64,000 nucleotides of DNA from an uncultured Collinsella sp. (GTDB taxonomy: Bacteria; Actinomycetota; Coriobacteriia; Coriobacteriales; Coriobacteriaceae). The DNA is taken from positions 6,445-70,444 of the forward strand of contig CAMQJB010000003.1 in NCBI GenBank assembly GCA_947002045.1. The letters are read 5' to 3'. The notes below the pieces were generated by a model, which searched no databases, was not told the DNA's origin, and was given only the letters and a program-made list of their open reading frames with translations. This document shows, piece after piece, positions 39,510 through 51,067 of this stretch. The position numbers were made by a program, and so were the translations under genes. Numbering within the stretch: position 1 is the first letter of the stretch; each line of letters opens with the position of its first letter.

Positions 39510-40187
39510 TCAATCAAAATCGTCTTGCCCAAGATCGGCATACAGGCCGCGTTTACGGATATAGCCGAGCACGGACTCGCTCGTAAGATAGCGCACGCTC
39601 ATGCCGCGAGCAACCCGCTTGCGAATGTTGGTCGAGCTAATCGCCAGCGCCGGGATCTGGATATACCGCACGTCAAACGGCAGGCCCGATTCCTTAATCC
39701 GCGCTCGCGCCGTATCGATGTCAAAGCCGGGACGCGTCGCAGCAATAAAGGTTGCCAGTTCGGCAATCTCATCAGCATTGTGCCAGGTCACTATATCGAT
39801 AATCGCATCAGCACCCGTAATAAAGTAGAGCTTTACCTGAGGCGGGTAAAAGTCGCGCAGAGCGCGCAGCGTATCGGCTGTATAGGTGACACCGGCACGA
39901 TCGATCTCGAAGCGGCTTGCCAAAAAGGCCGGGTTCGCGGCGGTCGCGAGGACCGTCATGGCATAACGGTCCTCGGCCGGCGTCACCGGTTTGTCGAGTT
40001 TAAAGGCAGGCGAGCCCGCCGGCATAAAGAGCACGGCGTCCAAGTCGAGGGACTCACGTGCCTGCTCGGCGGTCACCAGGTGACCGTAATGGATGGGGTC
40101 AAAGGTACCGCCCATAATGCCGAGCCTAAACTCCTGCCCGTCCTCTATGGGAAGCTCGGGCAGACCGATTCCACCGCGCAGCGACAT
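39510..40187 (-). CDS. nadD: Nicotinate-nucleotide adenylyltransferase
   Basis: GGTFDPIHYGHL, FITGAD and ISSTNIR. Confidence 0.96.
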   Translation of the reverse strand: MSLRGGIGLPELPIEDGQEFRLGIMGGTFDPIHYGHLVTAEQARESLDLDAVLFMPAGSPAFKLDKPVTPAEDRYAMTVLATAANPAFLASRFEIDRAGVTYTADTLRALRDFYPPQVKLYFITGADAIIDIVTWHNADEIAELATFIAATRPGFDIDTARARIKESGLPFDVRYIQIPALAISSTNIRKRVARGMSVRYLTSESVLGYIRKRGLYADLGQDDFD

Positions 40188-40190
40188 GGC

Positions 40191-41699
<1,509 letters not shown>

Positions 41700-41772
41700 C
41701 TACAAAAAAGAGGGAGACCCTTGAATCCTAAAACTCAAGTGCCTCCCACATATGTGCTCTATGAAGGGTGAA

Positions 41773-42030
41773 TTACGCGTTCGCGAGCGGGCGTACGCTG
41801 ACCCTGTGCTTGATACCCTTGTGGAACTCAACGGTACCGTCGACCAGCGCGAACAGCGTGTCGTCCTTGCCACGGCCAACGTTCTCACCCGGGTGGATGT
41901 GCGTGCCGTGCTGACGGACGAGAATCGTGCCCGTGGTTACCGTCTGGCCGGCATAGCGCTTCGTGCCAAGGCGCTGACCGCGGGAGTCACGGCCATTACG
42001 GGAGGAACCGAGTCCTTTTTTGTGTGCCAT
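41773..42030 (-). CDS. rpmA: 50S ribosomal protein L27
   Basis: [16 protein letters not shown]...[10 protein letters not shown]. Confidence 0.98.
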   Translation of the reverse strand: MAHKKGLGSSRNGRDSRGQRLGTKRYAGQTVTTGTILVRQHGTHIHPGENVGRGKDDTLFALVDGTVEFHKGIKHRVSVRPLANA

Positions 42031-42063
42031 TGTGTATACCTACTCTTTCGTTACGAGTGTAAT

Positions 42064-42438
42064 CTACTCGGCGACGGGAGCCTCGGCAACAGCCTCAGCC
42101 TCTGCCTTGACAGCCTTCTTGGCGCGGGAGGTAGCCTGAACCTTCACGATCTTCAGCTTGGTGAGCTGCTGACGGTGACCCTTCAGACGACGATAGCGCT
42201 TACGCTTGTGGAACTTGAAGACCAGCTGCTTCTCGCCCTTGAACTGCTCAACGATCTGAGCGGTAACCTTGGCCTTGGCCAGCTTGTCGGGATCGGTGAC
42301 GATCTTCTTACCATCGTTGAGGAAGATAACCGGCAGGGTGATCTTATCGCCCTCATTGCCCTCGATCTTCTCGACGGTGATGACATCGTCGGTGGCGACC
42401 TTGTACTGCTTGCCGCCCGTGTTAACGATTGCGTACAT
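42064..42438 (-). CDS. rplU: 50S ribosomal protein L21
   Basis: MYAIVNTGGKQYKV...GHRQQLT. TTGACG-17-TACTAT promoter upstream. Confidence 0.97.
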   Translation of the reverse strand: MYAIVNTGGKQYKVATDDVITVEKIEGNEGDKITLPVIFLNDGKKIVTDPDKLAKAKVTAQIVEQFKGEKQLVFKFHKRKRYRRLKGHRQQLTKLKIVKVQATSRAKKAVKAEAEAVAEAPVAE

Positions 42439-42505
42439 GTTTACTTGCCCTTCATGCATCAGTTAGTGCAACAGCCGAATATAGTAGCAGGCGATAATAC
42501 CCCCG

Positions 42506-43318
42506 TCAACGAGTATGTGGAGCAAATCCACAAGTTCGCACAGGTATGGGGCTGACGAGTCGGCCCTCGTCGTCCTCGCATGCTTGATTCTGACGCTCGA
42601 CATCGTAGGAGCAGATGGTCACGAGGTCTTGCATACCGGTGGAAACAATAGGTGCATCGACGCCCGGGGTCAAGCCCTGCAACAAAACATCAGCTGCGGA
42701 AAGCAAAATTTCCGGACGCATGGAGCCCTCGTTATCGGCATGGGTGTCGAGCATGAGCACCAGATGGTCCTCACGCTCCCCCGCCGCGAGCTCATAGCCA
42801 ACGAGCGTATGGTCCAGATCAAGACGCTTGCTCTTTTTGCCGCGCGCATAGTCAATGCCATGACCCGCGCGCAGCGTGTCGATCGCAGCACGCACCTCGT
42901 CGGCGCTCACGGGGACCTCGGGGTCCAGGTGCAAGTCGATGCGGTACGACAGACGCGTAAGTTGAGCCGTCAGCGCCGGCGAGCGCACGTCGATGTAGGC
43001 GGCCTCGATGGGTGCCAAATCTGCCGGGGACGCCGCGGCCAGGCGCTCAAAGGCCTCGTCAAGCGCGACGAACTCGGTCATAAACAGGTCATACCACTCG
43101 CAGGTCGACGACGTGCCCACGGGCAGCGCCGACGAAAAGCCCACGCGCATATGCGGCGAGAAACCCTGCGTCACGGCATAGGGCAGGCCCGCACGGCGCA
43201 CGATGCGCTCAATGGTATGGATTAGTTCCAGATGGCCCAAATACTTAAGGCGATCACGCTTGCCGTAGCGAACGCGCAGCCTAAAGAGCGTGGGATTGTC
43301 GGTCAAGCGCTCACTCAT
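42506..43318 (-). CDS. Radical SAM-linked protein (TIGR03936/DUF2344-like)
   Basis: YLGHLELIHTIERIVRRAGLP..TQGFSPH..FSSALPVG; directly follows the radical SAM gene. Confidence 0.85.
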   Translation of the reverse strand: MSERLTDNPTLFRLRVRYGKRDRLKYLGHLELIHTIERIVRRAGLPYAVTQGFSPHMRVGFSSALPVGTSSTCEWYDLFMTEFVALDEAFERLAAASPADLAPIEAAYIDVRSPALTAQLTRLSYRIDLHLDPEVPVSADEVRAAIDTLRAGHGIDYARGKKSKRLDLDHTLVGYELAAGEREDHLVLMLDTHADNEGSMRPEILLSAADVLLQGLTPGVDAPIVSTGMQDLVTICSYDVERQNQACEDDEGRLVSPIPVRTCGFAPHTR

Positions 43319-45192
43319 GCGCGATCACCCATCAATACGTTCTTGGCGTGGAGCGTGGGACAGATTCCGCAGCCGGTGCACGACGTGCGGGTGCAATCGG
43401 GCGTCGTGACGCCCTCGAGCGAACGGCGGTATTCGCGCTCGAGGAAGCCGCGCGAGCAGCCGGGGCTCACGTGCTCCCAGGGCAGGCGCCAGTCCAGCTC
43501 GTAGGGCAGGTGCACCAGCTCGTTGAGGTCGATGCCGTTTTTGGCAGCGGCCTCCTTCCAGTTGTCGAGCGAGAAGTGCTCCACCCAGGCGTCGAAGCGC
43601 GAGCCCGCACGCCAGGCGTCGATGATGACCGGCGTCATATCGCGACCGGCGCGGGACAGCGCGGCCTCGACGAGCGAGGTCTCCGCATCGTGGTAGTGTA
43701 CGCGAACGGCGCGGTTGCGCACGCTCGTGATGAGTAGCTTCTGGCGGCGCTTGACGTCGTCGTAATCGAGCTGTGGGCACCACTGGAAGGGCGTTGCCGC
43801 CTTGGGGATGAACACCGAAACAGAGATAGACACCGAGATAGACCCGCGGCGCGACTTGGGCACCACGGAGCGGCCAAGCTCCAGCACGTGATCGGCCAGA
43901 TTGGCGATAGCCACGATGTCCTCGTCGCGCTCGCCGGGAAGGCCCATCATGAAGTAGAGCTTCATGCGGTTCCAGCCGGCCTCGAAGGCTGCCTTGGCCG
44001 CGCGATCCAAGTCCTCCTCGGTCACGTTCTTGTTGATGATATCGCGCATACGCTGGCTGCCCGCCTCGGGCGCGAACGTCAGGCCGCCCTTCTTTTCGCC
44101 AGCGACCGACTCGGCCATATCAACGCCAAACGAATCCAAGCGCTGCGAGGGAATGGACACGCGAATGCCCGTGTCCTCCAGACGACGGTTGAGCCTACCG
44201 AGCACGTCGCGGATACAGGAGTGGTCGGTCGTCGAAAGCGAGGTAAGCGACACCTCGTCATAGCCAGTCTTTTCCAAGCCCTGGATCACCGATGACACGA
44301 TCTGATCGGCCGAGCGCTCGCGTACCGGACGATACGTCATGCCTGCCTGGCAAAAACGGCAGCCGCGGGCGCAGCCACGCAGGATCTCGATAGACAGGCG
44401 ATCATGGACGAGCTGCGCATACGGCACGCACGACTGAGGAAGCGGATTGGTGGCACCAAAGTCCTCGACGACACGCTTGTAGACTACCGGTGGGACGCCC
44501 TTGCCCTCGCGCGGCACGGTATAGCCATGCGGCGTGCAGGGCTCGTCATAGCGCACCTCATACAGAGACGGCACATAGGTACCGGCGACCGTCGCGAGCT
44601 GCTCGACAATCTGAGCGCGCGAGACGCCCTCGTCGCGCAAGCGGCGATGCAGCTGGCAGATCTCGAGCAGTGACTCCTCGCCCTCGCCAATGAGGATGGC
44701 ATCGAAGAATGCAGCGTACGGCTCGGGGTTATACACCGAGGGACCACCGGCGACGATGATGGGATCGTCCTCGGTACGGTCGGCAGCCAGCAGCGGAATG
44801 CCGGCGAGATCGAGCGCTTCGAGGAAGTTCGTCACGGCCATCTCGTGCGGCACGTGCATGCCGACGATGTCGAACGAGGCCACGGGCGCTGCGCCCTCGA
44901 GCGACAGCAGCGGAATCCCCGCCTCGCGCATGGCATCGCCCATATCGGGCCACGGCACGTAGCCGCGCTCGCAGGAAATGCCCTCGGCCTGATTAAGGAT
45001 GTTGTAGAGAATGGCGATGCCCTGGTTGGGCAGACCGACCTCATACACGTCTGGATAGATCATGCAGCAGCGATAGTCGGCATCGGCCTTTGAGAGCGTG
45101 CCCCACTCGTGGTCGATATAGCGACTCGGCTTTTCGACCTTGGCGAGCAGCGGCTCGATCAGATGAAAACAGTCTTGATATGGAACGCGCAA
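43315..45192 (-). CDS. B12-binding-domain radical SAM protein (TIGR03960-like)
   Basis: YPDVYEVG, GGPSVYNPEP, RGCARGCRFC (CxxxCxxC), TFAPEAGSQR, KLYFMMGLP and PKAATPFQW. Confidence 0.88.
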   Translation of the reverse strand: MRVPYQDCFHLIEPLLAKVEKPSRYIDHEWGTLSKADADYRCCMIYPDVYEVGLPNQGIAILYNILNQAEGISCERGYVPWPDMGDAMREAGIPLLSLEGAAPVASFDIVGMHVPHEMAVTNFLEALDLAGIPLLAADRTEDDPIIVAGGPSVYNPEPYAAFFDAILIGEGEESLLEICQLHRRLRDEGVSRAQIVEQLATVAGTYVPSLYEVRYDEPCTPHGYTVPREGKGVPPVVYKRVVEDFGATNPLPQSCVPYAQLVHDRLSIEILRGCARGCRFCQAGMTYRPVRERSADQIVSSVIQGLEKTGYDEVSLTSLSTTDHSCIRDVLGRLNRRLEDTGIRVSIPSQRLDSFGVDMAESVAGEKKGGLTFAPEAGSQRMRDIINKNVTEEDLDRAAKAAFEAGWNRMKLYFMMGLPGERDEDIVAIANLADHVLELGRSVVPKSRRGSISVSISVSVFIPKAATPFQWCPQLDYDDVKRRQKLLITSVRNRAVRVHYHDAETSLVEAALSRAGRDMTPVIIDAWRAGSRFDAWVEHFSLDNWKEAAAKNGIDLNELVHLPYELDWRLPWEHVSPGCSRGFLEREYRRSLEGVTTPDCTRTSCTGCGICPTLHAKNVLMGDRA

Positions 45193-45202
45193 CAGAAAAC
45201 CC

Positions 45203-46132
45203 CTAAGCAGCGAGATCGGATGCGTCTTGGTAGGACGCCATAGAACGGGTAGCGCCGGAGACCGTGGTCACCAGGTCGCGAACGCGCGAGAACGTGGCAG
45301 CAGCGACCTCGTTGGCGCGGCTGTAGTCCACATCGCGCTCGTAGAGCGACACGAGCGCGCGGCCCATGCCATAGGTACCCGCGGCTGCGGTAAGCGCCTT
45401 AACGACAAAGCCGATGTGCGGCGTCTGCTTCACCAATGCGCGGGTGACGGCGCGAATCACCAGACCGCCGGCGAGCACGCCCGCGACCTCGTAGCCGCGC
45501 TCGGGCTTTATGCCGCGTCCAAAAATGGCCGCCAGCTCAAAGAGCATGCCCACCTGCGCCAGCGCCATCACGGGATAGTCGGCACCCGGCAAAAACACCA
45601 AGGCGCCCGTCGCCATGTTGGTGAGCGCGCACGAGGTAATGATGCGATTTGCCGCCGCGATGCGCATAAAAGCAAAGTTGGCGGCAAAAGCCGTCTCCTT
45701 GTCCGTACGATCGAGGATCCAGCGGGCAAGCGTCTCGAGCAGATAGGTCTTATCGGTCGCCGCCACCACGCCGAGCATGGGCGTAGATTCCTCAACGAAC
45801 GGCACCTCGACGGCGGACTCGGCAAGCACGCACACGGGCGCGCCGGCAATCACGAGCTCCTGCACAGCACTCTCCAGGCGGTCGGATCCGCACGAGAGGA
45901 CCAACACCACGTCGGTATCGGCCTTGGGAACGATACGGTCCTCCCCCAGGCGATCAACACGCACAATGCCCGAAGTCGTCTGCGGCACAAAGGCATCGCG
46001 CACCGTCTCGACCAAAAAGGGAGACGCGGTCGAATCAAGGTAAACCGAGACACGCACCGGTGTATCGGAATCCTTCTTAACAGACGCGCCCATCTTAAAA
46101 GCGCTGGTCAACTTATCTACGGGAATCTTCAT
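45203..46132 (-). CDS. Conserved hypothetical protein with C-terminal hydrophobic helices (DUF697-like)
   Basis: 309-aa ORF with RBS in the operon; Gly/Ala-rich amphipathic C-terminal helices. Family call is tentative. Confidence 0.6.
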   Translation of the reverse strand: MKIPVDKLTSAFKMGASVKKDSDTPVRVSVYLDSTASPFLVETVRDAFVPQTTSGIVRVDRLGEDRIVPKADTDVVLVLSCGSDRLESAVQELVIAGAPVCVLAESAVEVPFVEESTPMLGVVAATDKTYLLETLARWILDRTDKETAFAANFAFMRIAAANRIITSCALTNMATGALVFLPGADYPVMALAQVGMLFELAAIFGRGIKPERGYEVAGVLAGGLVIRAVTRALVKQTPHIGFVVKALTAAAGTYGMGRALVSLYERDVDYSRANEVAAATFSRVRDLVTTVSGATRSMASYQDASDLAA

Positions 46133-46150
46133 GGCAAACCCCTCCAGCGG

Positions 46151-47377
46151 TTACGCGGCGCCCGAACGATGCCGCCATATGGATTGTACGATACCCACCG
46201 TCAGCAACTGAATCATCATCGACGACGAACCAAAACTAATAAACGGCAGCGGAATACCGGTAATCGGCATCATGCCAATGCACATGCCGATATTCTCGAA
46301 GGTCTGGAACGCCCACATGCCGACGATACCCACGCACGACAGGCGCAAGAACAGTGACTCGCACTTAAAGGCGACGCGAATCGTCGAGAAGATCAGCAGC
46401 ACGTAGAGGCACAGGAGCAAAAAGGAGCCGCAGAAGCCGAACGTCTCGGACAGGAAGGCGAAGACGAAGTCGGTGTGGAACTCGGGTAGAAAGCCACCGG
46501 CCGACTGAGTCGCGTGGCCCAGGCCCTTACCAAAGAAGCCACCCGAGCCGACGGCAATGAGCGACTGCTGCAGGTTGTAGGCATCATCCGAATCGGCTTT
46601 GTCGGGGTTGATGAAGACTGTCAGACGGTTCATCTGATACTGCTTGATCAGCACGTCGTGGCCAAGGAGCGAATCAAAGACCGAGTCGAGCGCCAAGATG
46701 AGCGCAATCAAACCAACCAGCAGGGCCAAGGTCGACAGCACCCATTCGCGGCGTGCACCGCTCATGCAGATGACGATGGCACCCGAGACCAGCACGACCA
46801 GGCCCGAGCCCAGGTCGCCCATGGCGACGACGGCCAAGAACGGAATGGACAGCATACCGCAGAGCTTAATGTAGTCGCGAACGGTATCGATGCGGCCGTT
46901 GTATTGCGAGCCAAGCGTGGCCATAAAGAAAATGGTGATGAGCTTGGCAAGCTCAACGGGCTGGAAGGTCAGGCCGATACCGGGAATCTTGATCCAACCC
47001 GTCATTCCCAAGCCGCCCGTGTAGGACAGGCCCGGAATCTTAGGCGAGAAGATCACGATGAGATCGACGACGAGCAGAGCCGTCGAAAAGTTGGAAATGC
47101 CACGCAGGTCGGTGCGCCAAACGAGCACCGCCAGCACCGCGCCAATGCCAATGCCCAGCAGGTGGCGCGAGAACGAGGCATCGGCCTTAAACTGCGACGC
47201 CGACCAAATAATGATGGCGCCATAGGCAACGAGCGCGACGGTAGCCAGCAGCACGCCGATGTGTACCTTCTGGCGGAACGTGCCGCGCGAAGCCGAGAGC
47301 TGCTTGTTAACGCGGTCCAGGCTGCTGCGAGAGCCGGTTTTGGTTGAGCGGAACAGGTCCGCCGGCGAAAAGTCCAT
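46151..47377 (-). CDS. rodA: Rod shape-determining SEDS protein RodA
   Basis: FQPVELAK, GDLGS, QSLIAVGSGG, PEFHTDFVFA and GIPLPFISFG. Confidence 0.94.
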   Translation of the reverse strand: MDFSPADLFRSTKTGSRSSLDRVNKQLSASRGTFRQKVHIGVLLATVALVAYGAIIIWSASQFKADASFSRHLLGIGIGAVLAVLVWRTDLRGISNFSTALLVVDLIVIFSPKIPGLSYTGGLGMTGWIKIPGIGLTFQPVELAKLITIFFMATLGSQYNGRIDTVRDYIKLCGMLSIPFLAVVAMGDLGSGLVVLVSGAIVICMSGARREWVLSTLALLVGLIALILALDSVFDSLLGHDVLIKQYQMNRLTVFINPDKADSDDAYNLQQSLIAVGSGGFFGKGLGHATQSAGGFLPEFHTDFVFAFLSETFGFCGSFLLLCLYVLLIFSTIRVAFKCESLFLRLSCVGIVGMWAFQTFENIGMCIGMMPITGIPLPFISFGSSSMMIQLLTVGIVQSIWRHRSGAA

Positions 47378-47386
47378 CGCAACCTC

Positions 47387-49456
47387 CTATCGAACCGAGG
47401 AATCGCCCGTGGCCGTCGACGTGTCGGGCTCGTCATAAATCGCACCGAGGACATCGCGCACGACGTGCAACGCGGTATCGGAGCCGCCACCGCCCTGCTC
47501 CAAGATAGTGGCAATCACGTACTTAGGGTCATCGGCCGGCGCGTAGGCGCAAAACCACGCGTAATCGTCCTCGCCGCTCTTCTCGCCCGTGCCGGACTTG
47601 CCGTAGACCGTAGGGGTCAGGGAGTTAAAGTGCGCGGCGGTCGAAGTCGACGCGGAGTAAATCACATCGTGCATGCCGTTGCGGACAAGAGCCAAATCCG
47701 AATCGCTGTTGATCTTGGCCTCCAGGCGCTTCTTCTTGCCCTTGCCGTTGTATTTATAGGCATCGCCGTCGCCATCGCGCGACACGGCTGACAAAAACAC
47801 GTGAGGCACGTACTGTTTGCCGCCGTTGGCAAGACCCATATAGGCGCACGCCATCTGCAGGGGCGTCACCAGGATGTCGCCCTGGCCGATGGCAATGTTG
47901 GTCATATCGCCGGCATTCCACTTGCGGTCCTCGGCCGAGGCATCGGTAAAGTACGACTCTTTCCACTCGGCGTCGGGAATGCGTCCCGCACCCTCACTCG
48001 GCAGATCGATACCACAGGTCTTGCCCAGACCCCAGCGACGAAAGACCTCTTGCAGGCCCTCGGGATGCTGGTCGTTGTAGAAAAACGCCTTGCCCATATC
48101 GTAGAACACGGGGTCGCAGGAGTTGGCGATACCGGACTGCAGCGTCATGACACCATGTCCGGATTGAAGCCAGCAACGCTTGCCCCATGACTTGCCCAAG
48201 CCCGTCCAATAGCCCGTGCAGTTGGTCGTCTGGGTCGACGTGTACGTGCCAAACTCAAGACCGGCCAACGCCGAAAGCGGCTTGATGGTCGAAGCCGACA
48301 TGTACTGGCCGCTAATAGCGCGGTTGAGCAGCGGATGCGAACCCTCGTCATCGTTGAGCTCGGTCCAAACATCGTTGGAGACGCCGCCGATAAACACCGA
48401 AGGATCGAACTTTGGCTCGCTGGCCATGCCCAGAATCTCGCCGTTATTGGGGTCGAGGCACACCACGGCACCGTTGCCGGCGTCGCTGTGGCCTGTGGTC
48501 TTAGCGAGCTCAATGGCACTTGCAAGCGCCGTCTCGCAGGCTTGCTGAATCTTGAGGTCAAGCGTGAGCTTAATGTCGGAGCCGGCCTTGGCGGGCACGG
48601 CGCCGGCCTGACCGGTCACGTTGCCCGAGGCATCGACCTTCACCGTCTGCTCGCCGCGAATACCCTGCAGCAAGTTCTCGTAGTAGCTCTCGACGCCCGC
48701 CTGACCCACGATATCGCCCGACTGGTACGTAATCTGACCGGCGGCGCTATCGTTATCGCCCGAAGCCTTCTTGTTCTGTGCCTCGAGCTGCTCGGAGGTA
48801 ATGGTGCCGGTATAGCCCAAAATGTGACAGGCCGTCTCGCCGTACGGGTACTGGCGCTCGGTGCGCTCGGCAATCTTCACGCCCGGGAACTCGCCGGCAT
48901 GTTCCTTGATATAGGCAACCGTGGAGCGGCGCACGTCCGTCGCGATGGTATGCAGGCTCTGAGCGCCCTCGGAATTGTCCTGGATATTGCGCAGCACCGC
49001 GACGTAGGGCATACCGAGCACGTTGGCAAGATGGCGCACCAGCACGGTGTCATCGGCCAAGTCGCGATAGGCAACGACGGCAAGTGAAGGACGGTTTTGC
49101 ACAAGTGCCACGCCATTGCGATCAAGGATTCGCCCGCGCACAGCCGGCGTGGTGACGGTACGGGTCTGGTTGCTCTTGGCCTGCTTGTCGTAGTAGTCCG
49201 ACGAGACCATCTGCATGCCCCACAGCTTGACGGCGAGCGCGGCAAACATCGCGCCCACGCCGGCGGTGAGGATGGAGAAGCGACCCTTGAAGGCGGTCGC
49301 AGCGGTATTGCCCTCGCCCTCAGTGGCGCGCGGGGCCGTTCCATGCTGCGTGTCGTAGGTAAAACGGGAATCGCCGCGGCGCATGATGACCAGCGCGACC
49401 ACAATGGCCACGACCAGCACGATACCGGCGATGATAACCGTCATCTGGGAAGACAT
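47387..49456 (-). CDS. mrdA: Penicillin-binding protein 2
   Basis: RGRILDRNG, STIK (SxxK), SCD (SxD) and KSGT (KTG-like). Confidence 0.93.
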   Translation of the reverse strand: MSSQMTVIIAGIVLVVAIVVALVIMRRGDSRFTYDTQHGTAPRATEGEGNTAATAFKGRFSILTAGVGAMFAALAVKLWGMQMVSSDYYDKQAKSNQTRTVTTPAVRGRILDRNGVALVQNRPSLAVVAYRDLADDTVLVRHLANVLGMPYVAVLRNIQDNSEGAQSLHTIATDVRRSTVAYIKEHAGEFPGVKIAERTERQYPYGETACHILGYTGTITSEQLEAQNKKASGDNDSAAGQITYQSGDIVGQAGVESYYENLLQGIRGEQTVKVDASGNVTGQAGAVPAKAGSDIKLTLDLKIQQACETALASAIELAKTTGHSDAGNGAVVCLDPNNGEILGMASEPKFDPSVFIGGVSNDVWTELNDDEGSHPLLNRAISGQYMSASTIKPLSALAGLEFGTYTSTQTTNCTGYWTGLGKSWGKRCWLQSGHGVMTLQSGIANSCDPVFYDMGKAFFYNDQHPEGLQEVFRRWGLGKTCGIDLPSEGAGRIPDAEWKESYFTDASAEDRKWNAGDMTNIAIGQGDILVTPLQMACAYMGLANGGKQYVPHVFLSAVSRDGDGDAYKYNGKGKKKRLEAKINSDSDLALVRNGMHDVIYSASTSTAAHFNSLTPTVYGKSGTGEKSGEDDYAWFCAYAPADDPKYVIATILEQGGGGSDTALHVVRDVLGAIYDEPDTSTATGDSSVR

Positions 49457-49469
49457 CTACGGGCCTCCC

Positions 49470-50042
49470 CTATTTGAGTTTGCGGGTCTTGGGCTTAAAG
49501 CGCATGCCCGTCTGATGACCACCGCGTGCGGAGAATCCGTAACCGGACTGCGGCACGACACCGGACATCAAGAACGGGATGGCAACCAGACCCGTCAGGA
49601 TCGAAGACGGCAGGGCATGTCCAAAGATCGCCACGACAAAACTCGATTCCAGTCCCATAAACAGCAAGATAATGCTGTAGATCACGTTAATGGCAAGCGC
49701 AAAGGCGCCCACCGTGATGCCGCGAGCGCTCGGGGTGCCGCCCGTCTGACCGGCGGCACTGTGTGTCAGGGCAAAGCTGCCCACCGTCAGCAGCAGCGAC
49801 ATAACGCCCACCGGAACGGCGGCGGAAAGATCATAGAACAGGCCACTGCAAAAACCGCAGACGACAGCCCGCGTGGGATCGCCTGAGAACACGCTCAGGC
49901 ACACCAGGATAATCATAAAGTTAAAGCGACCGCCCGCGATGGAGATCTGCGGCGCCAGGCCTGCCTGCAGCAGTACGCACACAATGGCGGCGATTACAAA
50001 CGTACTGGAGCTCGCCCCCTGCTCGTGTAGATCCATGGACAT
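49470..50042 (-). CDS. mreD: Rod shape-determining protein MreD
   Basis: Multi-TM protein between mreC and pbp2; GFCSGLFYDL. Confidence 0.85.
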   Translation of the reverse strand: MSMDLHEQGASSSTFVIAAIVCVLLQAGLAPQISIAGGRFNFMIILVCLSVFSGDPTRAVVCGFCSGLFYDLSAAVPVGVMSLLLTVGSFALTHSAAGQTGGTPSARGITVGAFALAINVIYSIILLFMGLESSFVVAIFGHALPSSILTGLVAIPFLMSGVVPQSGYGFSARGGHQTGMRFKPKTRKLK

Positions 50043-50047
50043 GCCCC

Positions 50048-51046
50048 CTATTCGCTCGAGCCGGAATCGGTCGTCTCGGACGTGTCGGAACTGTCATCCG
50101 AGCTCTCGTCCTTCGTCTTGGTCGCAGCATCGCGCGACGTTCCCTGCGGCGTACTATTAGCGGTGCTCACGTCCTCGTCCGAGGCCGACTGTTCGTCGGT
50201 CAACGAGGTGATGACGAGCACCTCCTCGTTATTCTCTGCCGTGGTCTGGGCACGTACGACGATGGTGTAATACACATCGTTGGCCGACTTCTCCACCGAG
50301 GAAACAGTGCCGAGCGGCAGGCCCTTGGGGAACACGCCACCGATGCCCGAGGTCACGATGATGTCGCCCACCTTCACGTCGGAGTCGACGCTCACGTACT
50401 CAAGACGCAGCGTACCGTCAGCCTGACCCTGCAACATGCCCTGGGCGCGCGTGTCCTGCACCATGGCCGACACGCCCGAGTTCTCGTCACCAATCAGGCG
50501 CACGGTAGAGGTCTTGGCCGATACCTCGATAATCTGGCCGATAACACCGGCAGAACTCGTCACGGGCATGTTGATGGTAAGGCCGTCGGCAGATCCCTTG
50601 TCGATGGTAACGGTCGAGGTCCAGGCATCGCCCGACGCACCGACGATACGAGCAGCAGTCGACTTAAGGTTGTAGGTCGATTGCAGCCCGACCAGGCCCT
50701 CCAGGCGCTCGGCAGTCTTTTGAGCCTCGGAAAGCTCAGCGACCTTAGAGGTCAGCACCTCGTTTTGCTTCTTGAGGTCAGCGAGCGACTCCTGCGAAGC
50801 CGTGAGGTTGGAGAACACGTTGCCGATCGCGTTGAAGGGAGCCGCCACGGCCGAGCCCAAAAAGCGCACCGGCGAGGTAATCGTCGTTACACCCGAGCGC
50901 ACGGCATGAATCGGCCCGGCCTCACCCTCACGGATATAAAACGTGAGCAGCAACACCGAAATCAGGCTGAAAACAATCAACGGGCGCATACCCGTTGATT
51001 GTCGCTTGGTATTCAGATTTGGAGAGAAACCCGAAGATCGTGCCAA
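50048..51046 (-). CDS. mreC: Rod shape-determining protein MreC
   Basis: TM helix, coiled coil, IDKGSADG, GDIIVTSGIGGVFPKGL. Confidence 0.92.
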   Translation of the reverse strand: MARSSGFSPNLNTKRQSTGMRPLIVFSLISVLLLTFYIREGEAGPIHAVRSGVTTITSPVRFLGSAVAAPFNAIGNVFSNLTASQESLADLKKQNEVLTSKVAELSEAQKTAERLEGLVGLQSTYNLKSTAARIVGASGDAWTSTVTIDKGSADGLTINMPVTSSAGVIGQIIEVSAKTSTVRLIGDENSGVSAMVQDTRAQGMLQGQADGTLRLEYVSVDSDVKVGDIIVTSGIGGVFPKGLPLGTVSSVEKSANDVYYTIVVRAQTTAENNEEVLVITSLTDEQSASDEDVSTANSTPQGTSRDAATKTKDESSDDSSDTSETTDSGSSE

Positions 51047-51067
51047 ATGGAATCCACCTTTTGGAAA

